The position numbers and the translations under genes are program-made. Below the pieces are notes generated by a model. The model saw only the letters and a list, made by a program, of their open reading frames with translations. It had not been told where the DNA came from and ran no database searches. Shown here piece by piece: positions 19,581 through 28,569 of a stretch of 64,000 nucleotides of DNA (positions are counted from its first letter, which is position 1; each line of letters opens with the position of its first letter). The stretch comes from an uncultured Verrucomicrobiae bacterium (GTDB lineage Bacteria; Verrucomicrobiota; Verrucomicrobiia; Limisphaerales; Palsa-1400): contig CAVXRD010000002.1 of the NCBI GenBank assembly GCA_963764165.1, positions 3,040,001 to 3,104,000 of the forward strand. The letters run 5' to 3'.

Positions 19581-19729
19581 TGAACACAGTCCGCAAACGG
19601 GCGTTGGCGGCGCTTGATTCTTTGCCGCTCACCGCGCGCATGACGAACATTCCAGCCATATTCCCGTTCAGCCCATGCCGATTTTTGTTTGTCAGCGGCG
19701 GCGGAATATGAGATTTTTCCGCGCAACGC

Positions 19730-20350
19730 ATGCCTGCCAAATCCAAAAAAGACCCACAGGTGGACGCTTACATTTCCAAGGCGCCCGAGTTTGCAAAACC
19801 GATCCTCACGCACCTGCGCGAGCTGGTTCACACCGCCTGCCCGGATGTCGAGGAAACCATGAAATGGAGCCGCCCGCATTTCTACCACAAAGGCATGATG
19901 TGCGGCATGTCGGCTTTCAAGCAGCATTGCTCCTTTGGCTTTTGGCTGCATGACCAAGTGGTGGGCGAAGCGGCAAAGAGTTCCACCGAGGGCGAGGGGA
20001 TGGGGCAATTCGGGAAAATTATTTCCCTGGCCGATTTGCCGCCTGACAAGCAAATCATCGCTTATGTCAAGAAGGCGGCGGCCTTGAATGAGGCGGGCGT
20101 CAAGCGCCCCGCCCCGCCGCGGCCAAAGGAACCTCGCGAGTTGGTTGTGCCGGATGTCATCATAAACGCACTCAAGAAAAACAAAAAGGCACAAGCTGCC
20201 TTCGAGGCTTTCAGCTACAGCCACAAAAAGGAATACGTCGAGTGGATCACGGAAGCCAAACGCGACGAAACTCGGGACAAGCGCATCGAGACGATGATGC
20301 AATGGCTTGCCGAAGGAAAATCCCGCCACTGGAAATACCAGAATTGTTAA
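19730..20350 (+). CDS. DUF1801 + YdeI/OmpD-associated domain protein
   Basis: VDAYI..LRELVH..EETMKW; KEYVEWITEAKRDETR. Confidence 0.88.
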   Translation: MPAKSKKDPQVDAYISKAPEFAKPILTHLRELVHTACPDVEETMKWSRPHFYHKGMMCGMSAFKQHCSFGFWLHDQVVGEAAKSSTEGEGMGQFGKIISLADLPPDKQIIAYVKKAAALNEAGVKRPAPPRPKEPRELVVPDVIINALKKNKKAQAAFEAFSYSHKKEYVEWITEAKRDETRDKRIETMMQWLAEGKSRHWKYQNC

Positions 20351-21555
20351 GTGGTCGACGTCGACGGCTGCTGCTTCGGAAGCGAAAGGAAGGACATCGC
20401 AATGAAAGCGGTTACGAAACAAAGCCCGGCGCAGACGAGGAACGGGATCGTTGGATGGATTACAAAAATTGTGGCCGCGAAGACAGGCCCGACGATCCGC
20501 GCCAGGCTTCCCACGCCCTGTGCGACACCCATCGTGGCGCCTTGCTCAGTCGAGGGCGTCAGCATGGAGATCATGCCGAAGACAGGCGGGCGCGTGAGGC
20601 TGGAGCCTATCGCGAATACACCGAGGCCTGCGAACAACGCCCCCCACTTCAAAAGAAACGGAAGCACGCCAATTCCAACAGCGGCCAGAAACAAGCTGGC
20701 CGCAATCAATCTTCCCTCCCCGATTTTCTTGACCGACCGCCGAACGCCGCCTTGCGACAAGGCGCCAATCACACCGCAATAGGCAATCAGCCAGGACGTC
20801 GTCGACAGGCTTGCCTCCGGATCAATGCCAAAGTTCTTGATGACGAGCAGGCCGATGGTTGTCTCAAAGCTGCTGAAACAAAACGTAGCCAGAAAGAAAA
20901 TCAGCACGAGCAAATTGAGCCGCGGCGTGCTCAAGACGTGCAGCCATTGCTGGAGATGGGGCCGCTGCGTCACCGAATGGGCGGATGGCTTCCAACTCTC
21001 CGCGAGCCGCATGGATGCCCACACGAAATTCAGCGCGCACAAGCTGGCGGCAGTCCATCCCGGTCCCCGCATCCCGAGATATTTTGTGCTCAACGCGCCC
21101 AGCACCGGCCCGAAGACGAAACCGAGGCCGAACGCCATCCCGATCAATCCCATTTTGGCGGAACGCTCCTCGGGCGGAGTGATGTCGGCGATGTATGCCT
21201 GCGCGACCGTGATGTTTGCCCCGCAGATGCCCGCGAACATCCGTGACCCCAGCATCACGATGAGCGCCGTCTGTCCCGTCAGTCCCGAACCGATGGCAAA
21301 AATAACATACGACAAACAAGCGCACGCAGTGCTTCCCAGCAAGACGGGCCGCCTGCCGATTCGGTCCGACAGCCGCCCCCAGATCGGCGCAAAGATAAAT
21401 TGCATCAGCGAATAGGAACTCATGATTGCGCCAATCATGAGTCCGCTGGCGTTGAAGTTTTTGCTGTAAATGGGAACGAGCGGCAGGACCAGCCCGAAGC
21501 CAATCAGGTCGATCAGGACTGTCAAAAATATAATTGAAACGGATGCTTTTTTCAT
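20347..21555 (-). CDS. MFS drug:H+ antiporter (TetA-like)
   Basis: 12 TM; GRLSDRIGRRPV motif A; GFVFGPVLG motif C. Confidence 0.9.
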   Translation of the reverse strand: MKKASVSIIFLTVLIDLIGFGLVLPLVPIYSKNFNASGLMIGAIMSSYSLMQFIFAPIWGRLSDRIGRRPVLLGSTACACLSYVIFAIGSGLTGQTALIVMLGSRMFAGICGANITVAQAYIADITPPEERSAKMGLIGMAFGLGFVFGPVLGALSTKYLGMRGPGWTAASLCALNFVWASMRLAESWKPSAHSVTQRPHLQQWLHVLSTPRLNLLVLIFFLATFCFSSFETTIGLLVIKNFGIDPEASLSTTSWLIAYCGVIGALSQGGVRRSVKKIGEGRLIAASLFLAAVGIGVLPFLLKWGALFAGLGVFAIGSSLTRPPVFGMISMLTPSTEQGATMGVAQGVGSLARIVGPVFAATIFVIHPTIPFLVCAGLCFVTAFIAMSFLSLPKQQPSTSTT

Positions 21556-21665
21556 GAGATGCGGCCGGCTTCACTATGCAACAGCGTGTGGGGGGCGGGC
21601 AACGGCAAAGCCTTTTTTGGCGTGGCCAAACGAATCTTAGTTTCCACGAGCTTCAAGCTCGTGGA

Positions 21666-21768
21666 AGGTAGCAACGCCTCGCCGAGGCGTCCGGGGTGAG
21701 GCATTGTCCATGCGCAAGCCGCGGCATCAATCACACGCAACCGGACGCCTCGGCGAGGCGTCCCTACC
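21666..21768. repeat. GTAG-type REP doublet
   Basis: GGTAGCAACGCCTCGCCGAGGCGTCCGG / CCGGACGCCTCGGCGAGGCGTCCCTACC; same family at 39007-39106 and a single arm at ~7478-7507. Confidence 0.85.
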
Positions 21769-21793
21769 ATGGGATTAAGACGTCGGCGCACTG

Positions 21794-23167
21794 CTACTTT
21801 TGGATAATCTCCATGTCATCGCCGAGGGCGCGCTGGAGGCGGGCGCGGGCCACGGCGTAATCGTGCAGCGCCTGCGCCTGCGTCGTGCGGGCCTGGGTGA
21901 GGGCGGTTTGGGCGCTCAAGACATCCAACTGCGTGCTGGTGCCCGCTTTGTGACGCGCTTCCGCCAGCCGCAAGGCTTCCTGCGCCTCTTCCTGGACTTT
22001 CTTTTGCGAATCCAGAAGCTCCTTCGATTCAATGTAGGTGGAATAAGCGGTGCGGACATCCAATTCAATTTGCCGCCCGGATTCGTCGACATCAAATTTG
22101 GCTTTGTCGTAGCGCGCCCGGGCTTCGACCACCTTGCCGTGCGTCAGCCGACCGTCAAATATATTCCAAGTCAACTGCGCGCCCGCGATCCAGCCGTATA
22201 AATTGTCGCTCAGGTTGTCTTCGTAAGGCGGGCTTTGCCATTGATAGCCGCCGTAAAGCTGCACGGACGGTTTGTAATTTGCCTTCGCCGTCCGCACATC
22301 CTCGCGGCGCAGCAACGCCGCTTTCCGCATGGCCGCCAGCTCCGGCCTTTTGGCCAGCGCCTTGGTCATGGCGCGCGACAAATCAATTTCGTAAGGCCGC
22401 TCATCGAGGGTGTCGGTTAAAGTTAACGGCACGTCCGCATCAATGGCATTGGGCAAATGCACGGCAAGCAGATTGAGCAACTTGTCCTTCCCGATCCGAA
22501 AATCATTCTTCGCCTGGATCAGGCGCGGCCGCTCGTTGGCAAGCTCGACTTGCGCGCGCAGAACGTCAAATTGTGGAACCGTTCCGGCGGTGAAGCGGCG
22601 TTGGACATCTTCGAGTTCGTTTGTCAACAATTGCACGGAGGCTTCATGCACGGCCATTTGCTGGATGGCCAGCAGCACGTCGTCGTAAGCCACGCGCACG
22701 GCAAGAAGGGTGTCGGCCAGCGTGGCCTGGTAATTTAACAGGGCTTCCTCGCGAGTCAGCTTGGCCGAGCGAATTGCCGAGACAATGCGCCCGCCCGCGT
22801 AAATGGACTGCTGCACTTTGACGTCCGCATTCCAATTCTGGTCGGGGAAATGGATGTAATTGTCAAACGGCGCGGGCAGCGGAAAGGTTTCGATCAGGCG
22901 CGATTGCTCCGCGTTGAACGCGCCGCCCGCGGAAACCTGGGGATAAGCGATGGCGCGCAACTGCATTTCGATTCCGTAGGACGCGCGCAAATCCGCCTTG
23001 CCCTTCAGGAGGGACGTATTTTGGCGCAGCGCAATGGCGATGGCATCGGCGCAGGAAAGCGGGCGGCCCAGAAAATTGGTCGCGTCGTGCGGACTGGTTT
23101 GCGCGCGAGCCCACAGCGGCAAAAAGACCGCCAGGGCGAGGATCGCGGGCAAGATTCTTCGATTCAT
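21794..23167 (-). CDS. TolC-family outer membrane efflux protein
   Basis: Signal peptide; duplicated helical repeats with G..PQFDVL / G..TQLDVL; WNIFDG. Confidence 0.9.
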   Translation of the reverse strand: MNRRILPAILALAVFLPLWARAQTSPHDATNFLGRPLSCADAIAIALRQNTSLLKGKADLRASYGIEMQLRAIAYPQVSAGGAFNAEQSRLIETFPLPAPFDNYIHFPDQNWNADVKVQQSIYAGGRIVSAIRSAKLTREEALLNYQATLADTLLAVRVAYDDVLLAIQQMAVHEASVQLLTNELEDVQRRFTAGTVPQFDVLRAQVELANERPRLIQAKNDFRIGKDKLLNLLAVHLPNAIDADVPLTLTDTLDERPYEIDLSRAMTKALAKRPELAAMRKAALLRREDVRTAKANYKPSVQLYGGYQWQSPPYEDNLSDNLYGWIAGAQLTWNIFDGRLTHGKVVEARARYDKAKFDVDESGRQIELDVRTAYSTYIESKELLDSQKKVQEEAQEALRLAEARHKAGTSTQLDVLSAQTALTQARTTQAQALHDYAVARARLQRALGDDMEIIQK

Positions 23168-23180
23168 AACAATTGAGCGT

Positions 23181-23903
23181 TCAACGCCAGAGCCACCAAG
23201 TCAACAGCGGCGCGAACAGCAGGCTCGGAAAGTAATCGGCCACTTCAATTTTTTTCAAGCCCAGGATGAGCATGGCCACACAGAAAATCAGCAGGCCGTC
23301 GGTGACATTGAGCATGTCCAGCAGCGGCCACGGGCGCTGGTGCAGCCACAAATCCACGACCTGAAAACCGCGCGTCATGGCGCTCTCCACCGCCAGCACC
23401 GGCACCGCCGACAGAATAACGCCCGCGCCAAAGGTCTGGCAGAAAGCGAACGTGGCCAGGCCATCGACCGCCGCCTTGACGACAAACACCGGCGAAAATC
23501 CGCTCAACCCCTCCTGCGCGCTGGCCAGCAGCGCCAGCGGCCCGATGCAAAAAAGCCCGGTGGCCAGGAGAAATCCCTGGTTGAATTTGTTGTCGGGCGA
23601 AGGTTTGGTTAGCGCCTCCGTCGCGCTGCGCCCGATGGCGTTGGAAAATTTTTGCAGCCGCAATAATTTGCCGGTGAGCTTTCCCAGCATCATGGCCAGA
23701 AGAACAATCGCCAGTTCCTTGACGACCTGGCGAAAGCTGCCGTTGATATTGGCCCAGGAGAGCTTGATGCCAAACCACATCGTGAAAACGCCCAGCAAAA
23801 TTTTCAGCGAAAGCGCGTAATGGCCCGGAATCTGTTTGCGCGCGGCCAATCCCCAGGCGCCGCCGGCGATGATGCCAAGCGCATTGATCAATGCGCCGGT
23901 CAT
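23181..23903 (-). CDS. DUF554-family membrane protein
   Basis: MTGALINALGIIAGG; FCIGPL..EGLSG..KAAVDG; start moved to ATG 23903. Confidence 0.85.
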   Translation of the reverse strand: MTGALINALGIIAGGAWGLAARKQIPGHYALSLKILLGVFTMWFGIKLSWANINGSFRQVVKELAIVLLAMMLGKLTGKLLRLQKFSNAIGRSATEALTKPSPDNKFNQGFLLATGLFCIGPLALLASAQEGLSGFSPVFVVKAAVDGLATFAFCQTFGAGVILSAVPVLAVESAMTRGFQVVDLWLHQRPWPLLDMLNVTDGLLIFCVAMLILGLKKIEVADYFPSLLFAPLLTWWLWR

Positions 23904-24004
23904 GTGAATAGCCCGACCGCTTCCATTTTCGCGAACATCGCATATCAATACCGGCAGGGAGCGAGTCCTGTCGAACCCGGAATCATCCCTTTCAGGTAAG
24001 GCAA

Positions 24005-24126
24005 GGTAGGGCGAGGCTCCTGCCGAGCCGCTCCCATTATTCCCATTATTCCCATTGCTCGCATGAAAATGGGACGGATGGGAGTAATGGGAGTGATGGG
24101 AATAGCTCGGGCAGCCTCGCCTTGCC
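24005..24126. repeat. GTAG-type REP doublet with nested CCCAT/ATGGG tandem hairpin
   Basis: GGTAGGGCGAGGCTCCTGCCGAGC arm, CCCATTATT-like x3, ATGGGA-like x4, degenerate right arm. Confidence 0.8.
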
Positions 24127-24193
24127 ACGATTCGCGGTGGATTGGAGAGAGGCTGGACTATCAGCCGCCAATCTGTCAAAGTGCGGGGCAGTT

Positions 24194-25447
24194 ATGACTT
24201 CACTGAAACTAACTGCTATTGCGAAAAACCCCCTTCTTGCCGCTGCCGCCAGCTTGGCGCTGGTTGCCGGCTGCAAAACTGCGCCGCCTCAAATGGCCGC
24301 TTCGTCGACGCCGTCCGTGGCCGTTTCGAAGGAACCCGGCATCTGTGTCATTGAAGCGCCCGGCGGTGTTTGTAAAATTACAATTGTCACAACCAATGCC
24401 ACCGATATGTCCGATTGGGCGCGGCAGAAGCTGGCCCCGGTGCTGGCGGAATGGTATCCGCGCCTGTGCGCGATGCTGCCCTCGCCCGGTTACACGCCGC
24501 CGACGAATTTCATCGTGATCATTGCTCCCGGCGACGGCGTGGCCGCGACCGGCGGCACGCGCGTCACGGCCAACGCGGATTGGATGCGCAAGGAACTCGA
24601 CAAGCAGGCCATCGGAGCACTGCTGCACGAGGAAGTGCATGTGGTCCAGCAATACGGCTATGCCCGGCGCAACGGCGTGCAGGGCAATTTCTCTTACGGC
24701 GACATCACGAATCTTCCGGCCCTTGCCCAGCGGATCAAGGAGAAGGCGGATTCCATGTCCGTGTTCATTGGCGACCAGTTGACGCCGTCCGAGCAAAAGG
24801 CGCTGGCGGACTACCACGGCCCGGGGCCGAAAGCGTTTGCGCTGAGGACAAACCTGGTGGCGGCGTTAAATCGCGTCATCTCCGGCCCTCAGCTTTACGA
24901 GGATCTTTACAAGGGCTTCACGCTCCGCGAAAGCACGACCAATCTTCTGGCCGACAAACAGACAGGCAGCGATTTGAAGCGCCTGAACCGCTCGTTGATC
25001 GAGGACGTTTATGCGGGCGATTTGACGCGGCGGTCGGGAGGCGGAGGGCGCCGCGGCGGCGGCGGTCCTGATACCGGTTGGTTGACAGAGGGAATTCCCG
25101 ATTATATTCGCTGGTTCCTTTACGAACCGCAATCCCACGGGGCCAGCGCCGAATACATCCAGGGGCGAATCGCCAGCGACGCCAAAAAAGGAAAAGTTTA
25201 CGAGCCCAAATATGACGAGAAGTACCGCATCAGCGCCAATTTTCTGAATTACGTTTCCAAGAAATATGATTCCGAAATCGTCGCCAAGGTGAACAGCGCC
25301 TTGCGCCAGGGGAAGTACTACGACGACTTTTGGCTCGATGCGACGGGAAAGACGGTCGGCCAACTGAATGACGAATGGACGGCCAATCTTCACGCGGAAA
25401 TCAAGAAGTTGAAGCCGAAAGTTGCGGCGGCCCCGGCGAAATCTTGA
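24194..25447 (+). CDS. Lipoprotein, basic secretory peptidase (BSP) family metallopeptidase
   Basis: LVAGC lipobox; GVAAT, LLHEEVHVVQQY, GWLTEGIPDYIRW motifs. Confidence 0.82.
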   Translation: MTSLKLTAIAKNPLLAAAASLALVAGCKTAPPQMAASSTPSVAVSKEPGICVIEAPGGVCKITIVTTNATDMSDWARQKLAPVLAEWYPRLCAMLPSPGYTPPTNFIVIIAPGDGVAATGGTRVTANADWMRKELDKQAIGALLHEEVHVVQQYGYARRNGVQGNFSYGDITNLPALAQRIKEKADSMSVFIGDQLTPSEQKALADYHGPGPKAFALRTNLVAALNRVISGPQLYEDLYKGFTLRESTTNLLADKQTGSDLKRLNRSLIEDVYAGDLTRRSGGGGRRGGGGPDTGWLTEGIPDYIRWFLYEPQSHGASAEYIQGRIASDAKKGKVYEPKYDEKYRISANFLNYVSKKYDSEIVAKVNSALRQGKYYDDFWLDATGKTVGQLNDEWTANLHAEIKKLKPKVAAAPAKS

Positions 25448-25486
25448 GCGAGTTCAAGACGAATGCCGCGTTGACCAAATCAGGAC

Positions 25487-25554
25487 GGTAGGGCGAGGCT
25501 CCCGCCGAGCCATCTTCGGAATGGGGAATGGCTCGGCGGGAGCCTCGCCCTGCC
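25487..25554. repeat. GTAG-type REP doublet between convergent genes
   Basis: GGTAGGGCGAGGCTCCCGCCGAGCCAT / ATGGCTCGGCGGGAGCCTCGCCCTGCC. Confidence 0.88.
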
Positions 25555-25559
25555 ATGAT

Positions 25560-26480
25560 TCAGGCTGTTCGCACGGCTTGCACGTCTTGCGCGATTTGTT
25601 CTTGGAGCGCAGCGAGACTTGGGAATTTCTTTTCGTCGCGCAGCTTTTTTAGGAAGACCAATTCAACGGTCTGGCCATAAACCTCGGCGTTGAAATCCAG
25701 AATGTGCGCTTCGACGTGCAAGATGGGGTCAGCGGATTGCACGGTCGGACGATGGCCAATGTTGACGGCGGCGCGAAACGATTTTCCCTCGATTAGCGCA
25801 TCGGCGGCGTAGACGCCATTCGGTGGAACGACGAGATTGGTGATGTCCAAATTCGCGGTGGGAAAACCCAGTTTGTGCCCCAGCCGCTGGCCTTCGATGA
25901 CCGCGCCGCATAGCGCGTAAGGCCGGCCCAGCATGGCGCTTGCGGCGGCGAAATCGCCCGCCCGCACCGCTTCGCGAATGCGCGTGCTGCTGACGGGTTC
26001 GCCCTTCAACTCCAAATCCCGCAATGCGTGAAGCGTAAATCCGAGTTCATCGCCCATCGTGCGCAGCAAGTCGACATTTCCGCTGCGGCGCGCGCCGAAC
26101 ATAAAACCATCGCCGACGCAGAGGCTCTTCAATTGCCTGAAATCCGCCGCGAGATTTCGGACAAAGTCCTCCGCATGAATCTGGCTGAATTCCTTGTCAA
26201 ACCTAATGACATAGGCCGCGTCAATTCCGAGCGAAGCCATCACTTCCAGTTTTTTTGACAGCGGATAAATGAGGGGTGGAACGCGGTCAGGGGCGACGAC
26301 GGCGTTCGGGTGCTTATCAAAAGTCACTACAGCCGAAACAGCGCCGAGGCGGATGGCATCGTCGAGCATGCGCTTCAAAACGTGCTGGTGGCCGAGGTGG
26401 ACGCCATCGAACACGCCGATGGCCGCGCAAATGGGGCGCGGACCGGGCTGCAAATCGGCGGCGGCGGAGACGACCTTCAT
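25560..26480 (-). CDS. ribF: Bifunctional riboflavin kinase/FAD synthetase
   Basis: GVFDGVHLGH, SSTRIR, GFPTAN, VEAH, LRDEKKF. Confidence 0.96.
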   Translation of the reverse strand: MKVVSAAADLQPGPRPICAAIGVFDGVHLGHQHVLKRMLDDAIRLGAVSAVVTFDKHPNAVVAPDRVPPLIYPLSKKLEVMASLGIDAAYVIRFDKEFSQIHAEDFVRNLAADFRQLKSLCVGDGFMFGARRSGNVDLLRTMGDELGFTLHALRDLELKGEPVSSTRIREAVRAGDFAAASAMLGRPYALCGAVIEGQRLGHKLGFPTANLDITNLVVPPNGVYAADALIEGKSFRAAVNIGHRPTVQSADPILHVEAHILDFNAEVYGQTVELVFLKKLRDEKKFPSLAALQEQIAQDVQAVRTA

Positions 26481-27208
26481 TCCGGCGGCAGACTTAATTG
26501 CGCGGCCAGCTTCAAGAACGGAATGACCCGCTTCTGCAAGTCCGCCGGCGACATCTTGAGAACGTCCTCAAACGTGACCGATTCGGTGACATCGAAACGC
26601 CCCGAAACCGTGCGGCGAAGAGTGGCCAGATGCGCGCCGCAGCCGAGCTTTTGACCGAGCTCGTGCGCCACGGAACGCACATAGGTTCCCTTGGTGCAAG
26701 CCATCCTGAAAAAGCCAAACGGCTCCTCGTATTTGGAGAACTGGAAATTATAAATGTGGATCAGCCGCGCCTTGCGCTCCACCTCCACCCCTTTGCGGGC
26801 CATTTTGTAGAGCGGCACGCCTTTCACTTTGACCGCGGAAACCATGGGCGGCATTTGCATTTGATCGCCTTGATACGCCTTGGCGGCCTCGTTGATTTCC
26901 TCAAGCGTCATCGGCAGCACGGGCAGCGAAGCCACCAATTCGCCATCCGCATCGTAGCTGTCCGTGGTCTCGCCGAATTTGATCGTGCCCTCGTAAACCT
27001 TGTCGTCAGACATGAGTTTCTCGGAGAGCTTGGTCGCCTTCCCCAAAACAATAATCAGCAAGCCAGTCGCGTTCGGGTCAAGCGTGCCGCAATGCCCGAC
27101 CTTCTCGAAGCGAAAGGCGCGGCGGATGCCATCCACCACATCGTGGGACGTTGGGCCAGCCGGCTTGTCGATCAAGACGGCGCCGTCAAATGCATCAAAA
27201 GTTCGCAT
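26477..27208 (-). CDS. truB: tRNA pseudouridine(55) synthase
   Basis: [25 protein letters not shown]. Confidence 0.96.
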   Translation of the reverse strand: MRTFDAFDGAVLIDKPAGPTSHDVVDGIRRAFRFEKVGHCGTLDPNATGLLIIVLGKATKLSEKLMSDDKVYEGTIKFGETTDSYDADGELVASLPVLPMTLEEINEAAKAYQGDQMQMPPMVSAVKVKGVPLYKMARKGVEVERKARLIHIYNFQFSKYEEPFGFFRMACTKGTYVRSVAHELGQKLGCGAHLATLRRTVSGRFDVTESVTFEDVLKMSPADLQKRVIPFLKLAAQLSLPPE

Positions 27209-27214
27209 GGAAAT

Positions 27215-28195
27215 TTAGCTGGCGGCGTCGAGGGCTTTTCTGGCGGCAGCCACCACGCGGCGCTGGACGGAAAGCTGCGAACCGGGAATGTGCGCCCCCG
27301 CCGCCGCGCTGTGCCCGCCCCCGCCAAAGAGTTTGGCTATTTGATTGACATCAATTTTCGGAGATTTGGAGCGCAGGCTGATGCGCGTCAGTTCCGGTTC
27401 AATCTCCTCAAATACGATGGCGACGACCACCGGCTCGATGGCGCGAATGTGGTCGATCAAACCTTCTGTATCGGTGCGGTTGGCGCCGGTGCGCGTGAAA
27501 TCCCTGGGCTTGAGCCACAGGTAGACAATCTGATCATTGTGGGTCAGGCGAAATTGATTGTAGACATGCTTCAGCAGGCGGATTCGCGACAGCGTGAACG
27601 ATTGATAAACCTTGTGGCAGATCGTTTCGACATCCGCGCCCGCGCCAACCAAATCTCCGGCGGTGTAATATGTCACCGGCTTCGCCGTCGAGTATTGGAA
27701 CGACCCTGTGTCCGTGGAAACGGCGGTGAAAAGGCAATCCGCAATCGCTGGCGTAATGGGCCATCCCGCCTGCTGGCACAACTGAAAAATCAATTCACCC
27801 GTCGAGGCTTCCTCGGCGGAAATCCAGTTCAAGTCGCCATAGCGGGTGTTGCTGGTGTGATGGTCTATGTTGATGATCTTATTCTTCTCGACTGCGGCCC
27901 CCACCGCGCCCAGGCGCTCAAAGGAAGCGCAATCGGTGCAGATCAATAGATCGAATTTCTTTTTTCCCCTGGGATTGCGCCAGATGTCCTCGGAATCAAG
28001 AAAGGCATATTTCTGCGGCATCGGATCCTGGTTCCAGACGGTGACGTCCTTTCCGAGCGCGCGCAGCGGAAGAGCGAGTCCTATCTGCGAGCCGATGCAA
28101 TCGCCGTCGGGGCGGATGTGGCCGGCAATGCAAATGGTTTTGCTTTCGCCGATCAATTCAATGATTTGATCGATAATTTTCAGACGTGATTTCAT
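27215..28195 (-). CDS. nrnA: DHH/DHHA1 nanoRNase / pAp phosphatase
   Basis: HIRPDGD, IDHH, TDTGSF, GGGH motifs; between rbfA and truB. Confidence 0.9.
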   Translation of the reverse strand: MKSRLKIIDQIIELIGESKTICIAGHIRPDGDCIGSQIGLALPLRALGKDVTVWNQDPMPQKYAFLDSEDIWRNPRGKKKFDLLICTDCASFERLGAVGAAVEKNKIINIDHHTSNTRYGDLNWISAEEASTGELIFQLCQQAGWPITPAIADCLFTAVSTDTGSFQYSTAKPVTYYTAGDLVGAGADVETICHKVYQSFTLSRIRLLKHVYNQFRLTHNDQIVYLWLKPRDFTRTGANRTDTEGLIDHIRAIEPVVVAIVFEEIEPELTRISLRSKSPKIDVNQIAKLFGGGGHSAAAGAHIPGSQLSVQRRVVAAARKALDAAS

Positions 28196-28545
28196 GAGGA
28201 GGACGATGGATTCTCCAGCTCGTCCAGAATTCGAAGAATTTTATTGCCGTGCTCAACGGATTCATCGAGCACAAACCGCAGGCGCGGCGTATATTTCAGA
28301 ATAACTGCTTTTCCCAAATACCCCTGGATGCGCCCCCGGTTTTCCTCGAGCGCTTCCATCGCCCGCTTTTTTTGCGAGTCGCCGCCAAGCACGCCGATGT
28401 AGACAGTGGCGTTGTGCAGGTTGGGGGCGACGTCAACATCGTTGACATTGATCAAACCCACTTCGCTGACCGGGAGCTGGCGGCGGATGACTTCGCCGAT
28501 CTCCCGCTTCAGCAATTCCTTCACCCGTTGCAGTCGAAGCGACAT
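28192..28545 (-). CDS. rbfA: Ribosome-binding factor A
   Basis: RLQRV..KREI; YTPRLRFVLDES; follows infB. Confidence 0.95.
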   Translation of the reverse strand: MSLRLQRVKELLKREIGEVIRRQLPVSEVGLINVNDVDVAPNLHNATVYIGVLGGDSQKKRAMEALEENRGRIQGYLGKAVILKYTPRLRFVLDESVEHGNKILRILDELENPSSSS

Positions 28546-28569
28546 ATCACTAGTGCTGTGACAAAGAAA

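Noticed and set aside
21552..21791. 79-aa ORF between TolC and MFS
   Set aside because: Mostly encoded by a REP doublet; no protein features.
23904..24179. N-terminal extension of the DUF554 ORF with SHY/NGN repeats
   Set aside because: Translation of the nested DNA repeat; the family-like start is at 23903.
26498..27949. 483-aa plus-strand ORF
   Set aside because: Antisense to truB/nrnA.
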